The notes beneath the pieces were generated by a model, which made no database searches, was not told where the DNA came from, and saw nothing but the letters and a program-made list of their open reading frames with translations. From Patescibacteria group bacterium (lineage in GTDB: Bacteria > Patescibacteriota > Patescibacteriia > Patescibacteriales > UBA12465), in the NCBI GenBank assembly GCA_041671365.1, contig JBAZBP010000001.1, forward strand, positions 30,081-94,080: a stretch of DNA of 64,000 nucleotides, given 5' to 3'. Below are positions 26,077 to 35,128 of the stretch, piece after piece. A program made the translations under genes and the position numbers. How positions within the stretch are numbered: the first letter of the stretch is position 1; each line of letters begins with the position of its first letter.

Positions 26077-26085
26077 GATTTTAGT

Positions 26086-26210
26086 ACGGTCATTCGTTGT
26101 TCAGAACTTGCGTCCGACCTGCCCCCGGCAGGTCGTCAGACGCTCGCTGCAATATTCGCCTGCTGGCGAATATCTGGCTCGCTTCAAGTTTGTTCGACTC
26201 CCATTACAAT
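26086..26210 (+). repeat. GC-rich tRNA-trailer module, copy E (tRNA-Cys associated)
   Basis: Near-identical to copy D. Contains gttcgactccca (26192-26203), which is the T-loop/T-stem of the convergent tRNA-Cys in inverted orientation (12/12). Hairpin at 26115-26135. Confidence 0.8.
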
Positions 26211-26216
26211 AAATTT

Positions 26217-26254
26217 CAAACATAAAAGACAGCCGATGCTGTCTTTTATGTTTG
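26217..26254. terminator. Bidirectional hairpin terminator shared by tRNA-Cys and module E
   Basis: caaacataaaagacag-ccgatg-ctgtcttttatgtttg: a long perfect stem that directly abuts the tRNA-Cys 3' end. Confidence 0.7.
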
Positions 26255-26328
26255 AGGCTTGAGTGGGAGTCGAACCCACGAATGGCAGTTTTGCAAACTG
26301 CAGCGTTAGACCACTTCGCCATCAAGCC
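26255..26328 (-). tRNA. tRNA-Cys (anticodon GCA), no encoded CCA
   Basis: Minus-strand cloverleaf: acceptor ggcttga/tcaagcc, anticodon stem gcagt/actgc with loop ttGCAaa, T-arm gtggg-ttcgact-cccac. Only 26 nt downstream of the tsaD stop. Confidence 0.9.
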
Positions 26329-26354
26329 TTTTTATATTTAAATATTAACTTATA

Positions 26355-27425
26355 TTATTTGAGTTGTAAACTGGCATCTACGCGCAACTTATCAAAAGTT
26401 ATTAGTCTTTGTCTTTTTGTCTGATAGGCGGCCGCCGTCGCGATCATGGCGGCGTTATCGGTGGTGTATTCTTTATTAGGAACTAAGAAATTAGCATCGG
26501 GTATTTTATTTTTAATTGCTTCGGCCATTTGCGTACGTAGTTCTGTATTGGCACTTACACCGCCAGAAAGCATAATTGTTTTGGCTGTGAATTTTTCAGC
26601 AGCTTTTAGAGTTTTGTGAATTAGAGTATCAATAATTGCTTGTTGGTATTCAAAACAATATTCAGGAATTCTTTTTTTCCAATTTGGGTCTTTTTGAAGT
26701 TGATACAATAAAGAAGTTTTTAAGCCGGAAAAAGAAAAATTAAAATCAGTAGAATTTATCATGGGACGAGGTAAAATAATCTTTCGTTGTAAATCATATT
26801 TTTTTGTGATTTCTGGCTTTTTGTTAATGAATTTTTGGTATTCGGCGGCATAGCGGGATATAATCGGACCGCCCGGATAGCCTAAATTTAACATTTTAGC
26901 GGCTTTGTCATAAGCTTCTCCGGCGGCATCATCGCGCGTTTCGCCAATAATTTCTATTTTTCCATTTTTTTTCATTATTAATAGTATAGTATGTCCACCA
27001 GATACTGTTAAAATAACTGCGGGGAATCTAATTGGTGAGGTAGGACTAATAAAATTAGCATAAATATGGCCATTGATATGATTTACCTCGGTAATTGGTT
27101 TATTCCAAGCATAAGCTAAGGCCCTCACGGTTTCAATCCCGGTTATGAGAGAAGTAATTAATCCTGGTCCCTTAGTGATACCAATAATTTTTAATTTTTG
27201 AGGAGTTATTTGCGCTTTAGATAAAGCCTCGTCAATAACCGGCAAGATGTTTAAGACGTGCTCACGCGCCGCTACTTCTGGCACAACCCCTCCATATTTT
27301 TTATGAATTTCAATTTGCGAAGAAACAATATTAGATAATACCTGTACTTTTTTTGTTCTTTGGTTAAATCTAATTATGGAAGCGGCGGTTTCATCGCAGC
27401 TAGTTTCTATACCTAGTATATACAT
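26355..27425 (-). CDS. tsaD: tRNA N6-adenosine threonylcarbamoyltransferase TsaD
   Basis: MYILGIETSCDETAA start, HxxGH metal motif (HINGHIY) and a GGVSAN motif. Confidence 0.9.
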   Translation of the reverse strand: MYILGIETSCDETAASIIRFNQRTKKVQVLSNIVSSQIEIHKKYGGVVPEVAAREHVLNILPVIDEALSKAQITPQKLKIIGITKGPGLITSLITGIETVRALAYAWNKPITEVNHINGHIYANFISPTSPIRFPAVILTVSGGHTILLIMKKNGKIEIIGETRDDAAGEAYDKAAKMLNLGYPGGPIISRYAAEYQKFINKKPEITKKYDLQRKIILPRPMINSTDFNFSFSGLKTSLLYQLQKDPNWKKRIPEYCFEYQQAIIDTLIHKTLKAAEKFTAKTIMLSGGVSANTELRTQMAEAIKNKIPDANFLVPNKEYTTDNAAMIATAAAYQTKRQRLITFDKLRVDASLQLK

Positions 27426-27484
27426 ATATATGCATTGTAAGGGATTTTAGAAAAAAGACAAACTTTTTGGAATTATTTGTGAAT

Positions 27485-27513
27485 TTGACAGAAAGGAGTT
27501 TTGTCTATAAAAT
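27485..27513 (+). promoter_or_regulatory. Sigma-70-like promoter upstream of tRNA-Glu
   Basis: TTGACA (27485-27490), 17-nt spacer, TAAAAT (27508-27513), about 55 nt upstream of the tRNA. Confidence 0.45.
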
Positions 27514-27569
27514 AAAGCTAAATCTAGACATATAGATTTTTATTTTGAATAATTTAAGTTTAGTAAAAT

Positions 27570-27641
27570 GGTCCCTTCGTCTAGTGGTTAGGACGTCAGG
27601 TTTTCATCCTGTTAACAGGGGTTCGATTCCCCTAGGGACTA
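27570..27641 (+). tRNA. tRNA-Glu (anticodon TTC), no encoded CCA
   Basis: Acceptor ggtccct/agggact (G1-U72), anticodon loop ttTTCat, T-arm agggg-ttcgatt-cccct. Closely parallels the E. coli tRNA-Glu layout. Confidence 0.9.
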
Positions 27642-27647
27642 CTAACT

Positions 27648-27679
27648 AAAAAATACTCAGCGTATGTTGAGTATTTTTT
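27648..27679. terminator. Bidirectional hairpin terminator after tRNA-Glu
   Basis: aaaaaatactca-gcgtatgt-tgagtatttttt. Confidence 0.7.
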
Positions 27680-27690
27680 AGTTTATATTC

Positions 27691-27834
27691 AAGGTGGGGA
27701 ATCGAACAGGTCAGAAGCGAGCTTAACCGAAGGCCAGTAGGCCGAGGTGTAGCGAGCGTCGGACGAAGCTCCGGGGGAGCTTCGGACGCTGACCGCGACA
27801 ACGAACGAGCGGACTGGTCCGCGAGTGAGGCGAA
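27691..27834 (-). repeat. GC-rich tRNA-trailer module, copy B (tRNA-Glu associated)
   Basis: Starts with ggggaatcgaac (27696-27707), the reverse complement of the tRNA-Glu gttcgattcccc (12/12), then gaacaggtcagaagcgag as in copy A. Hairpins at 27764-27784 and 27809-27822. Ends ggcgaaa just before the repeated tRNA 3' end. Confidence 0.8.
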
Positions 27835-27851
27835 ATTCCCCTAGGGACTAC
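27835..27851 (+). repeat. 17-bp direct repeat of the tRNA-Glu 3' end (attcccctagggactac)
   Basis: Identical to 27626-27642 inside tRNA-Glu. Flanking bases differ on both sides. Confidence 0.85.
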
Positions 27852-27899
27852 GGATAAAAAATAGTTTTTATTAAAAATAAAAACCACTAATCAAAAAAA

Positions 27900-28169
27900 T
27901 TAGTGGTTCCGAAACTTTATTAGAAAATACAAATTATAGAGGGCGCCACCGTTTACCACAATTGCTCCAAATATTAAAGACCAGTCAATATAATACATGC
28001 CTTTAATAAATAGAATGCTTTGTGCGAAAATAACGGCTAACGGCAGATAAATTGAAACGTTTTTAGTGCTCCCATTTTTTCTAATTTTTTTTCCTTGAGC
28101 ATATTGCCCATATGCAACGACTATCCAACAAATAGCCAACGCGCAACTCCAAATCAATTGTTCTGTCAT
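27900..28169 (-). CDS. Three-helix membrane protein, SemiSWEET/PQ-loop-like
   Basis: 89 aa with three hydrophobic helices. YAQGKKIRKNGSTKNVS resembles the PQ-loop motif. A hairpin terminator overlaps its stop codon. Confidence 0.5.
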   Translation of the reverse strand: MTEQLIWSCALAICWIVVAYGQYAQGKKIRKNGSTKNVSIYLPLAVIFAQSILFIKGMYYIDWSLIFGAIVVNGGALYNLYFLIKFRNH

Positions 28170-28341
28170 TATTTAACCTTTTTTAATGAAAAAATATTTG
28201 TATTAATTATACAACTTTTTTAAAAATTTGTCAAATTTTTTAAATTAATTCTAAAATTTCCGCTTACTTCTCAATTTTTCCAATTTTTACTTTTTAGTCC
28301 TTATTTGTTAATATTATAAAAATAGATAAACCAGTAAAAAT

Positions 28342-28890
28342 ATGTTAGAGCTTTTAAATATTGTCGATGAGAACGACCAGATTATCGGTCAGGAAACCAG
28401 AGAAAATATTCATAAAAATGGTTTGCTCCATCGAGAAATCCATGTTTATTTTATTACTCCGAATAAAGAAATTATATTTCAACACCGAGCCGAAGATAAA
28501 GATACTTATCCCGATTTATTAGACGCAACTGTCGGCGGGCATGTAGAAATAGGTAATAGCTACGAACAGACTGCCGTCAAAGAAACCGAAGAAGAAACTG
28601 GCCTAAAAATTAAGTTTAGTGATTTAATTCTTATAAATAAGATAAAAAAATATTCCGAAGATAAAGCAACTAATAAAATTAATAATGTTTTCAATACTAG
28701 ATACGCCTATATTTATAAAGGGGATGTCAAAAATTTAAGGATTGAGTCTGGCAAGGCCTTGGGTTTCGAGATTTGGCCATTAGATAAGCTATTAAACTTA
28801 ACTGATAGCGATAAGGCTAGATTTATCCCCTATATTTTAGAATTTATTATTACCGAATTGTCTGGATTTATAAATAATAGAAAAATATAA
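28342..28890 (+). CDS. NUDIX hydrolase
   Basis: Nudix box GGHVEIGNSYEQTAVKETEEETGL. Confidence 0.85.
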   Translation: MLELLNIVDENDQIIGQETRENIHKNGLLHREIHVYFITPNKEIIFQHRAEDKDTYPDLLDATVGGHVEIGNSYEQTAVKETEEETGLKIKFSDLILINKIKKYSEDKATNKINNVFNTRYAYIYKGDVKNLRIESGKALGFEIWPLDKLLNLTDSDKARFIPYILEFIITELSGFINNRKI

Positions 28891-28892
28891 AT

Positions 28893-29357
28893 ATGAAAAT
28901 AACAATTTGCGGTAGCATCGCTTTTTATCAGAAAATGGAGGCGCTTAAAGTATCCCTCGAGGCTAAGGGCCATGAAGTGTATATACCACTTTTGAGTAAT
29001 GAGGCGCCGGCAGAGATGGGCGGAGGCAAGAAAATAAATTTTGGTAAATATGTTGAAGATAATGGAGGTATGGATAATTTTCCATTAGATCATGAACTCT
29101 GGAACTTAAAAGGAAAAGCGATTCGCGATCATTATGATAAAATTGAACGGTGCGATGCGATTGTCGTTTCTAATTATGAAAAGAATGGTATTCAGGGATA
29201 TGTCGGCGGCAACACCTTAATTGAGATAGGAGTTGCTTTCTATTTAAAGAAGCCTATTTATATATTGAATCCGATTTCTTCAGCACTTTCCTATAGACAG
29301 GAAATTTACGGGATGAAGCCGATTTTTCTTAACGGTGATGTAGTTAATTTTTTTTAA
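28893..29357 (+). CDS. Hypothetical protein, possibly nucleoside 2-deoxyribosyltransferase-like
   Basis: 154-aa ORF, 2 nt after the NUDIX gene. The MKITICGS start and a late GGNTLIEIG segment weakly recall the NDT-like fold. Confidence 0.35.
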   Translation: MKITICGSIAFYQKMEALKVSLEAKGHEVYIPLLSNEAPAEMGGGKKINFGKYVEDNGGMDNFPLDHELWNLKGKAIRDHYDKIERCDAIVVSNYEKNGIQGYVGGNTLIEIGVAFYLKKPIYILNPISSALSYRQEIYGMKPIFLNGDVVNFF

Positions 29358-29483
29358 TAATATATTTTTTGTACCGGAAATAACCTGATGTATTGTGAGT
29401 TAAATTAAGCCCTTAATTAAACATAACGGGCTTTTTTAATTTTCTCCATAAGATGCTATAATTTTATAATAATTAGCATTTTT

Positions 29484-30287
29484 ATGTCTATCCGTAAAAC
29501 CATCGGCCTCGCTTTAGGTTCTGGCGCTTATCGTGGCTTTGCTCATATCGGCGTTATTAAGTCTTTAGAAAAAAATAATATTCCGATAGATTATTTGAGT
29601 GGGTCGAGTATTGGTGCCTGGGTGGCCGCTTATTATGCCTCTTTCCAGGACACCGGTAAACTAGAAAAAGATTTAATTGATAATCAGAAAGAAAACATGT
29701 CTCTGCTTTTTGATTTTGATTGGAGTAATGGTCTAATTAGTGGACAAAAATTTATTTCGTATTTAGAAAAAAGACTAAATCATTGTAATTTTTCTGACTT
29801 AAAGATACCGCTTAGAATTGTGGCGACCGATCTAGTTAATGGGCAACCGCTTGTTTTAGAAGATGGGGAAGTAGCGTCGGCGGTTCGGGCTAGCACCTCT
29901 GTTCCCTTAGTATTTAAACCCTTTTCTTATAAAGATAAATTGTTGGTTGATGGTGGTTTGAGCAATCCGGTTCCCGGGGCGATAGTAAAAAAAATGGGCG
30001 CCGATGTTGTTATTGGTATAAATCTTTATCATCGAAACGATTTTGTTGCTAGTAAAATTACAGTGCCAAATATTTTTTTGCGCAGTACTATGATTACGAT
30101 TTATAATTTAGCCCAGGCTGATTTGCAAGGTTGTGATATTGTTATTGAGCCGGATACCTCGCAATTTGTTAAAAAAAATAGCTTAGCCAAGTATTTTACC
30201 AAAGAAGTAGCCGATGAGCTAATTTTAATTGGTGAACGCGCTACGGATAAAATGATTATGACTATAAAATCCAAATTAATGTTATAA
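29484..30287 (+). CDS. Patatin-like phospholipase
   Basis: GSGAYRG oxyanion motif, GSSIGA nucleophile elbow and DGG catalytic Asp motif. Confidence 0.85.
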   Translation: MSIRKTIGLALGSGAYRGFAHIGVIKSLEKNNIPIDYLSGSSIGAWVAAYYASFQDTGKLEKDLIDNQKENMSLLFDFDWSNGLISGQKFISYLEKRLNHCNFSDLKIPLRIVATDLVNGQPLVLEDGEVASAVRASTSVPLVFKPFSYKDKLLVDGGLSNPVPGAIVKKMGADVVIGINLYHRNDFVASKITVPNIFLRSTMITIYNLAQADLQGCDIVIEPDTSQFVKKNSLAKYFTKEVADELILIGERATDKMIMTIKSKLML

Positions 30288-30296
30288 TCTTATTGT

Positions 30297-31334
30297 ATGA
30301 AATATCAATTATATACTACCTCGCAATCGGCCTGGGATGGTATGTTTAAAGCCATGAGCGAGGCGACACGTTCTATTTATCTCGAGATGTATATTTTTTT
30401 GGATGATACTCAAACAACTCATAATTTTTTTAAATTGTTAAAGGACAAGGCTCGCGCTGGCTTAGAGGTGGTAATTATCGCGGATTCATACGGTAGTTCA
30501 ACCTTGCGAAAGGACACGGTAGAAGAAATGCGTTTGGCTGGGATAGAGTTTATTTATTTTAGCCATTGGCTTCGACATACTCATCGGAAAATTTTAATTA
30601 TTGACAATAAGATCGCTTTTACCGGCGGGGTGAATATTTATGAAAAAATAAGAATTTGGCAAGATTTGCAAATTAGGCTCCAAGGAAAAATTATCAGTCC
30701 TCTTTTACAATCATTCGCCTATGGTTATGAAATGGCGGGCGGAAAAAGGGAGTCAATTTTACAGTTTAGTCGCTTACCCTTGGTGCAAAAAATAAAATCT
30801 TGGATTACCGATAATTTTGCCGTTACTACCAAAGCCTATTATTTAAATAATTATTATAAAAAACAAATAATTGAAGCTAAGGCTTCAATTATTATTGTTA
30901 CCCCCTATCTTCTTCCGCCCCGTTGGTTGATAGCTTTATTGGACAACGCTTGTCATCGAGGAGTGAAGGTAGAAATTTTAATGCCCAACGACACTGACGT
31001 TAAGCCCCTAAATAAGGTTAATTATTTAAATGCTTGTCGTTTGTCGGCCCTGGGGGTTAAATTTTATTTAATGCCGGTGATGAATCACGCGAAGATCATG
31101 CTGATTGACGGGCTAGAAGGAGTAATCGGTTCGCAGAACATGGATGTTTTGTCTTTTAATTGGAATATCGAAGCCGGAGTTTTTTTTCGTCAAAAAGATT
31201 TGGTTAGTGATTTAGAAAAAATTATTAATCAGTGGAAAGCAAGCGGGGTTGTTCTTGAGGCATTGAAGCGAAAAGTTAAAGGAACCGATCGCCTTTGGAT
31301 GTTTATTTTAAAATTATTTTATCCGATATTTTAA
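30297..31334 (+). CDS. Phospholipase D / cardiolipin-synthase-like protein with two HKD motifs
   Basis: HRKILIIDNKIAFTGGVN and HAKIMLIDGLEGVIGSQN. Confidence 0.8.
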   Translation: MKYQLYTTSQSAWDGMFKAMSEATRSIYLEMYIFLDDTQTTHNFFKLLKDKARAGLEVVIIADSYGSSTLRKDTVEEMRLAGIEFIYFSHWLRHTHRKILIIDNKIAFTGGVNIYEKIRIWQDLQIRLQGKIISPLLQSFAYGYEMAGGKRESILQFSRLPLVQKIKSWITDNFAVTTKAYYLNNYYKKQIIEAKASIIIVTPYLLPPRWLIALLDNACHRGVKVEILMPNDTDVKPLNKVNYLNACRLSALGVKFYLMPVMNHAKIMLIDGLEGVIGSQNMDVLSFNWNIEAGVFFRQKDLVSDLEKIINQWKASGVVLEALKRKVKGTDRLWMFILKLFYPIF

Positions 31335-31476
31335 AGTTTATCTTTATCAAGTCCTGTTGTTCTGCCGGGCTTGTTTTTTTGAGTCTTTTCCTTTATAATA
31401 TCTGGGATATTAATTATGTTTATCGGATGATTAATAATTTCTATTAATTTATAGGATTGAGATTCCTTTGTTTTTT

Positions 31477-33972
31477 ATGGCCACTGCGGAAAAATTTATT
31501 AAGATTAGGGGAGCTAGAACTAATAATCTTAAAAATATTAATTTAGATATTCCTCGAGACCAACTGGTGGTTATTACCGGCTTGTCTGGTTCGGGCAAAT
31601 CTTCTTTAGCTTTTGATACAATTTATGCGGAAGGACAGCGACGCTATGTTGAGTCTTTATCTTCCTATGCTCGTCAATTTGTCGGTTTAATGGATAAGCC
31701 GGATGTAGATTTAATTGAAGGACTTTCTCCGGCTATTTCTATTGATCAGCGTACTGTTGGCCATAATCCGAGATCCACGGTTGGTACTATCACTGAGATT
31801 TATGATTATTTGAGACTATTATATGCGCGTTCGGGGACTCCTTATTGTCCGCATTGTCAAATAAAGTTAAAAAAAGAATCAGCCAAAGAAAGGACGGAAA
31901 AGATTAAAGGCGGTCGCAAGGTGAGTTCAGTTAGGTTGGAAAGATTTTTTGTCTGCCCAACTTGTAATTATCGCCGTTCAGATTTAGAACCGCGCGATTT
32001 TTCTTTTAATTCCGGACATGGCGCTTGTTCAATTTGCGGCGGTCTGGGCACTAAATCAGAAGTTGATCCGGAGTTGGTCTTCAATTCTAATTTGAGTATT
32101 TTAGAAGGGGCAATTAAACCCCTCTCTCATGCTAATTTAAACGGTAATGGCTTGTTTTTAGAATTAAGCGAACTAGCCACCCGTCATAATTTTAGTTTGC
32201 GGCCGGCAATTAAGGATTTAAATTCGGAACAAAAGAACCTAATTTTAAGAGGTGATAGTCAGTTTATCGGTTTACTTGCTAATTTAGAAGAAAAATATCA
32301 GGAAACAAAGTCCGGTTTTGTTAAGCAGGAAATTGAAAAAGTTATGCGTATTTTTCTTTGCCCAGGTTGTCAGGGAGCACGTCTAAAATCGGAAGCACTG
32401 GCTGTTAAAATAAATAATTTGTCTATTATCGAAGTCTCTAATCAGAGTATTAAAGAATTAGTGACTTTATTTAATGAGTGGCTAAAAAATCTTAATCTTT
32501 GGAACGGAAACGCAAAAATAATTGAACCGATTGCTCAGGAGGTAATTAAAAATTTAGAATTTTTAGTTGATGTCGGTTTAGATTATTTAACCTTAAACCG
32601 CGCTGCCGCGACTTTGTCCGGTGGCGAGGCCCAACGCATTCGCCTGGCTTCGCAAGTCGGATCGACTTTAAGTGGCGTGCTTTATGTTCTTGACGAACCA
32701 TCTATCGGTTTGCATCAGAGAGATAATGAAAAATTAATTATTACTTTGAAGAAATTGCGGGACAACGGGAATACCGTTATTGTTGTGGAGCACGATGCTT
32801 CGACAATGCTGGCTTCTGATTGGCTGATTGACATCGGTGTTGGTGCCGGAGATTTAGGCGGCAATGTTTTGTTCACCGGCCGGCCGCAAGAAATTAAGAA
32901 TTGTGTTGCTTCTTTAACCGGAGCTTATTTGTCCGGTAAAAAAGTTATAGAAAAACCCAAAGAATTTCGACGTGGCAACGGAAAGTTTATTAAAATTTTA
33001 GGGGCGACAGAACATAATTTAAAAAATATTAATGTCGAAATTCCCTTAGGGAAACTAGTGGCTCTCACCGGAGTGTCTGGTTCGGGCAAGTCAACTTTGA
33101 TGAGTGATATTTTAGCCAATGCCTTGAATCGTAAATTTTATCGGGCCAAAATTGAACCAGGAGCACATCGGGCTTTAAGTGGTTTAGAATTTATTGATAA
33201 AGTGATTGATATTGATCAGTCGCCGATTGGTCGGACGCCTCGGTCTAATCCGGCTACCTATACTGGTCTATTTACTTATATTCGTGATTTATTTGCCGAG
33301 TTGCCTGAAGCCCGGGTTAAGGGTTTGGGCGCGGGTCATTTCTCTTTTAATGTGCCTGGTGGTCGTTGTGAAAATTGCGCCGGTGACGGGGTTATTAAAG
33401 TTGAAATGCAATTTTTATCCGACATTTATTTAACTTGCGATGTTTGCGGCGGAAAAAAGTTCAAGCCTAAAGTTTTGGAAATTTTATATCAAGGCAAGGA
33501 TATCGCCGAGGTCCTAAATATGACTGTAACCGAGGCCAAAGAGTTCTTTAAAGATCAGTCGGCTATTAGTCAAAAATTAAAAACCCTGGATGATGTTGGT
33601 CTAGGTTATATTAAGCTCGGTCAAAGCGCTACAACCTTTTCCGGTGGCGAAGCGCAGCGTATTAAATTGTCCGCCGAGTTGTCACGGCGGGCTACGGGAA
33701 AAACTTTGTATATTTTAGATGAGCCGACGACCGGTTTGCATTTTGCCGATATTGACCGCCTTCTTAAGGTTCTCAATATGTTAGTTAATCAAGGAAATAC
33801 AGTTTTGATTATTGAGCATAATCTAGATGTTATTAAATCAGTGGATTGGATTATTGATTTAGGGCCAGAAGGCGGAGCAGCCGGCGGCTATTTAGTTGCC
33901 GTTGGAACGCCGCCCGAAGTAGCTAAAATAGCCAAAAGTTATACCGGACAATATTTAAAAAAATTATTATAA
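31477..33972 (+). CDS. uvrA: Excinuclease ABC subunit A
   Basis: Two ABC modules ([20 protein letters not shown]; LSGGEAQR twice) and zinc-finger cysteines. Start at MATAEKF (ATG 31477). Confidence 0.9.
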   Translation: MATAEKFIKIRGARTNNLKNINLDIPRDQLVVITGLSGSGKSSLAFDTIYAEGQRRYVESLSSYARQFVGLMDKPDVDLIEGLSPAISIDQRTVGHNPRSTVGTITEIYDYLRLLYARSGTPYCPHCQIKLKKESAKERTEKIKGGRKVSSVRLERFFVCPTCNYRRSDLEPRDFSFNSGHGACSICGGLGTKSEVDPELVFNSNLSILEGAIKPLSHANLNGNGLFLELSELATRHNFSLRPAIKDLNSEQKNLILRGDSQFIGLLANLEEKYQETKSGFVKQEIEKVMRIFLCPGCQGARLKSEALAVKINNLSIIEVSNQSIKELVTLFNEWLKNLNLWNGNAKIIEPIAQEVIKNLEFLVDVGLDYLTLNRAAATLSGGEAQRIRLASQVGSTLSGVLYVLDEPSIGLHQRDNEKLIITLKKLRDNGNTVIVVEHDASTMLASDWLIDIGVGAGDLGGNVLFTGRPQEIKNCVASLTGAYLSGKKVIEKPKEFRRGNGKFIKILGATEHNLKNINVEIPLGKLVALTGVSGSGKSTLMSDILANALNRKFYRAKIEPGAHRALSGLEFIDKVIDIDQSPIGRTPRSNPATYTGLFTYIRDLFAELPEARVKGLGAGHFSFNVPGGRCENCAGDGVIKVEMQFLSDIYLTCDVCGGKKFKPKVLEILYQGKDIAEVLNMTVTEAKEFFKDQSAISQKLKTLDDVGLGYIKLGQSATTFSGGEAQRIKLSAELSRRATGKTLYILDEPTTGLHFADIDRLLKVLNMLVNQGNTVLIIEHNLDVIKSVDWIIDLGPEGGAAGGYLVAVGTPPEVAKIAKSYTGQYLKKLL

Positions 33973-33981
33973 AGTAAAATA

Positions 33982-34029
33982 GAAATACAAAAAACTCTCT
34001 AATTAAAACAAGAGAGTTTTTTGTATTTC
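33982..34029. terminator. Bidirectional terminator between uvrA and the phosphoesterase gene
   Basis: gaaatacaaaaaactctct / agagagttttttgtatttc: a 19-bp stem. Confidence 0.7.
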
Positions 34030-34526
34030 TATAAATTAGTTAAAATTTTTAATTCTATTTTTCTGCTGACGGTTTCCAAAACAGCAAAAGTGGCCTGGTA
34101 GAAGGTGCCGGAGATATTCCCGGGATTAATTATTAGAATCTGTCCATTTTTCTCTAACCAGGGCTTATGGGTATGGCCATAAAAAATATAGTCCAAATTT
34201 CCGCCCGTTAGCTTTATAAGTTTTTTAATTTTTTGAGGTTCATGACAAAATCCAATTTTTAATTTATCAATATCTTTGACGGCGATTTCCTCGTAATAGT
34301 TTACGTGTTTGTATGTTTTTATTTTTTTAGTCGAAGATATTTCGATATTCCCGTTAATTATAAAAATCTCGCCGGAAAAATTGACTGCGAGATAGGCAAG
34401 CGTTTCTGTGGTTGTAGCGTCGCCGCAAAAAATAAGTTTTTTAATTTGGTGGTCACGACACCAGGTAAGGCATTTTTTCAGATTAGGCAAATTATCATGG
34501 ATATCGGAGATAATGGCGATAAGCAT
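34029..34526 (-). CDS. YfcE/MJ0936-family metallophosphoesterase
   Basis: MLIAIISDIHDN, GD...N and GHTH motifs. Confidence 0.8.
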   Translation of the reverse strand: MLIAIISDIHDNLPNLKKCLTWCRDHQIKKLIFCGDATTTETLAYLAVNFSGEIFIINGNIEISSTKKIKTYKHVNYYEEIAVKDIDKLKIGFCHEPQKIKKLIKLTGGNLDYIFYGHTHKPWLEKNGQILIINPGNISGTFYQATFAVLETVSRKIELKILTNL

Positions 34527-34543
34527 AAAAATTTTAAATGTCT

Positions 34544-35119
34544 TTATTTTTTATTCCGTAACTTTATTTCGTAGGCCATTTGTTCTAATTTTCGCAGATG
34601 GCCGCGCGCTTGATCGTATTTTGTTCGTAGATAGCCGGTTAAATCAAAATCAACTAGCTGTGTCATAATGTCGTCAGCTATTTTTTTTATTTTAGCGACT
34701 TCAGAAAATTTTCCGCTAGCCGCTTGATTAGTGGCAAAACGCACTAATTCGCCAATCAAGTCGCAGATACCCCCCAAGTAGCCTTCATAGTCTAAGTGTA
34801 ATTTTTTTGTCTCGGTAATTTTTTTATTTTTAATGATTAAATAAAAAGTTTTACCTTCCAGATATTCTTCAGCCGCCGCTTTATAAGCGCCTTCTCGCCG
34901 TAGTCGATCAACTCCAAAACGATTTTCTAAAGTCTCTAAAGACTTTTCTATTTCATTTAGTTTGGTTTCGGCGACTTGGAAGTCTTGGCGCTGCAGAGCA
35001 AAAATAGTTTTTTTAGCCTCGAAGAGAATACTGTTGGATGCACTAATAATCTGACGCCGCTCGGATTCGTTAGTTTGATAATTATTTTTTAAATTGCTCA
35101 AAAATTTAGGATCAATCAT
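34544..35119 (-). CDS. Translin-family-like protein
   Basis: 191-aa helical ORF. YLGGICDLIGELVR resembles the translin signature. Assignment is from memory only. Confidence 0.4.
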   Translation of the reverse strand: MIDPKFLSNLKNNYQTNESERRQIISASNSILFEAKKTIFALQRQDFQVAETKLNEIEKSLETLENRFGVDRLRREGAYKAAAEEYLEGKTFYLIIKNKKITETKKLHLDYEGYLGGICDLIGELVRFATNQAASGKFSEVAKIKKIADDIMTQLVDFDLTGYLRTKYDQARGHLRKLEQMAYEIKLRNKK

Positions 35120-35128
35120 AAATTAAAT

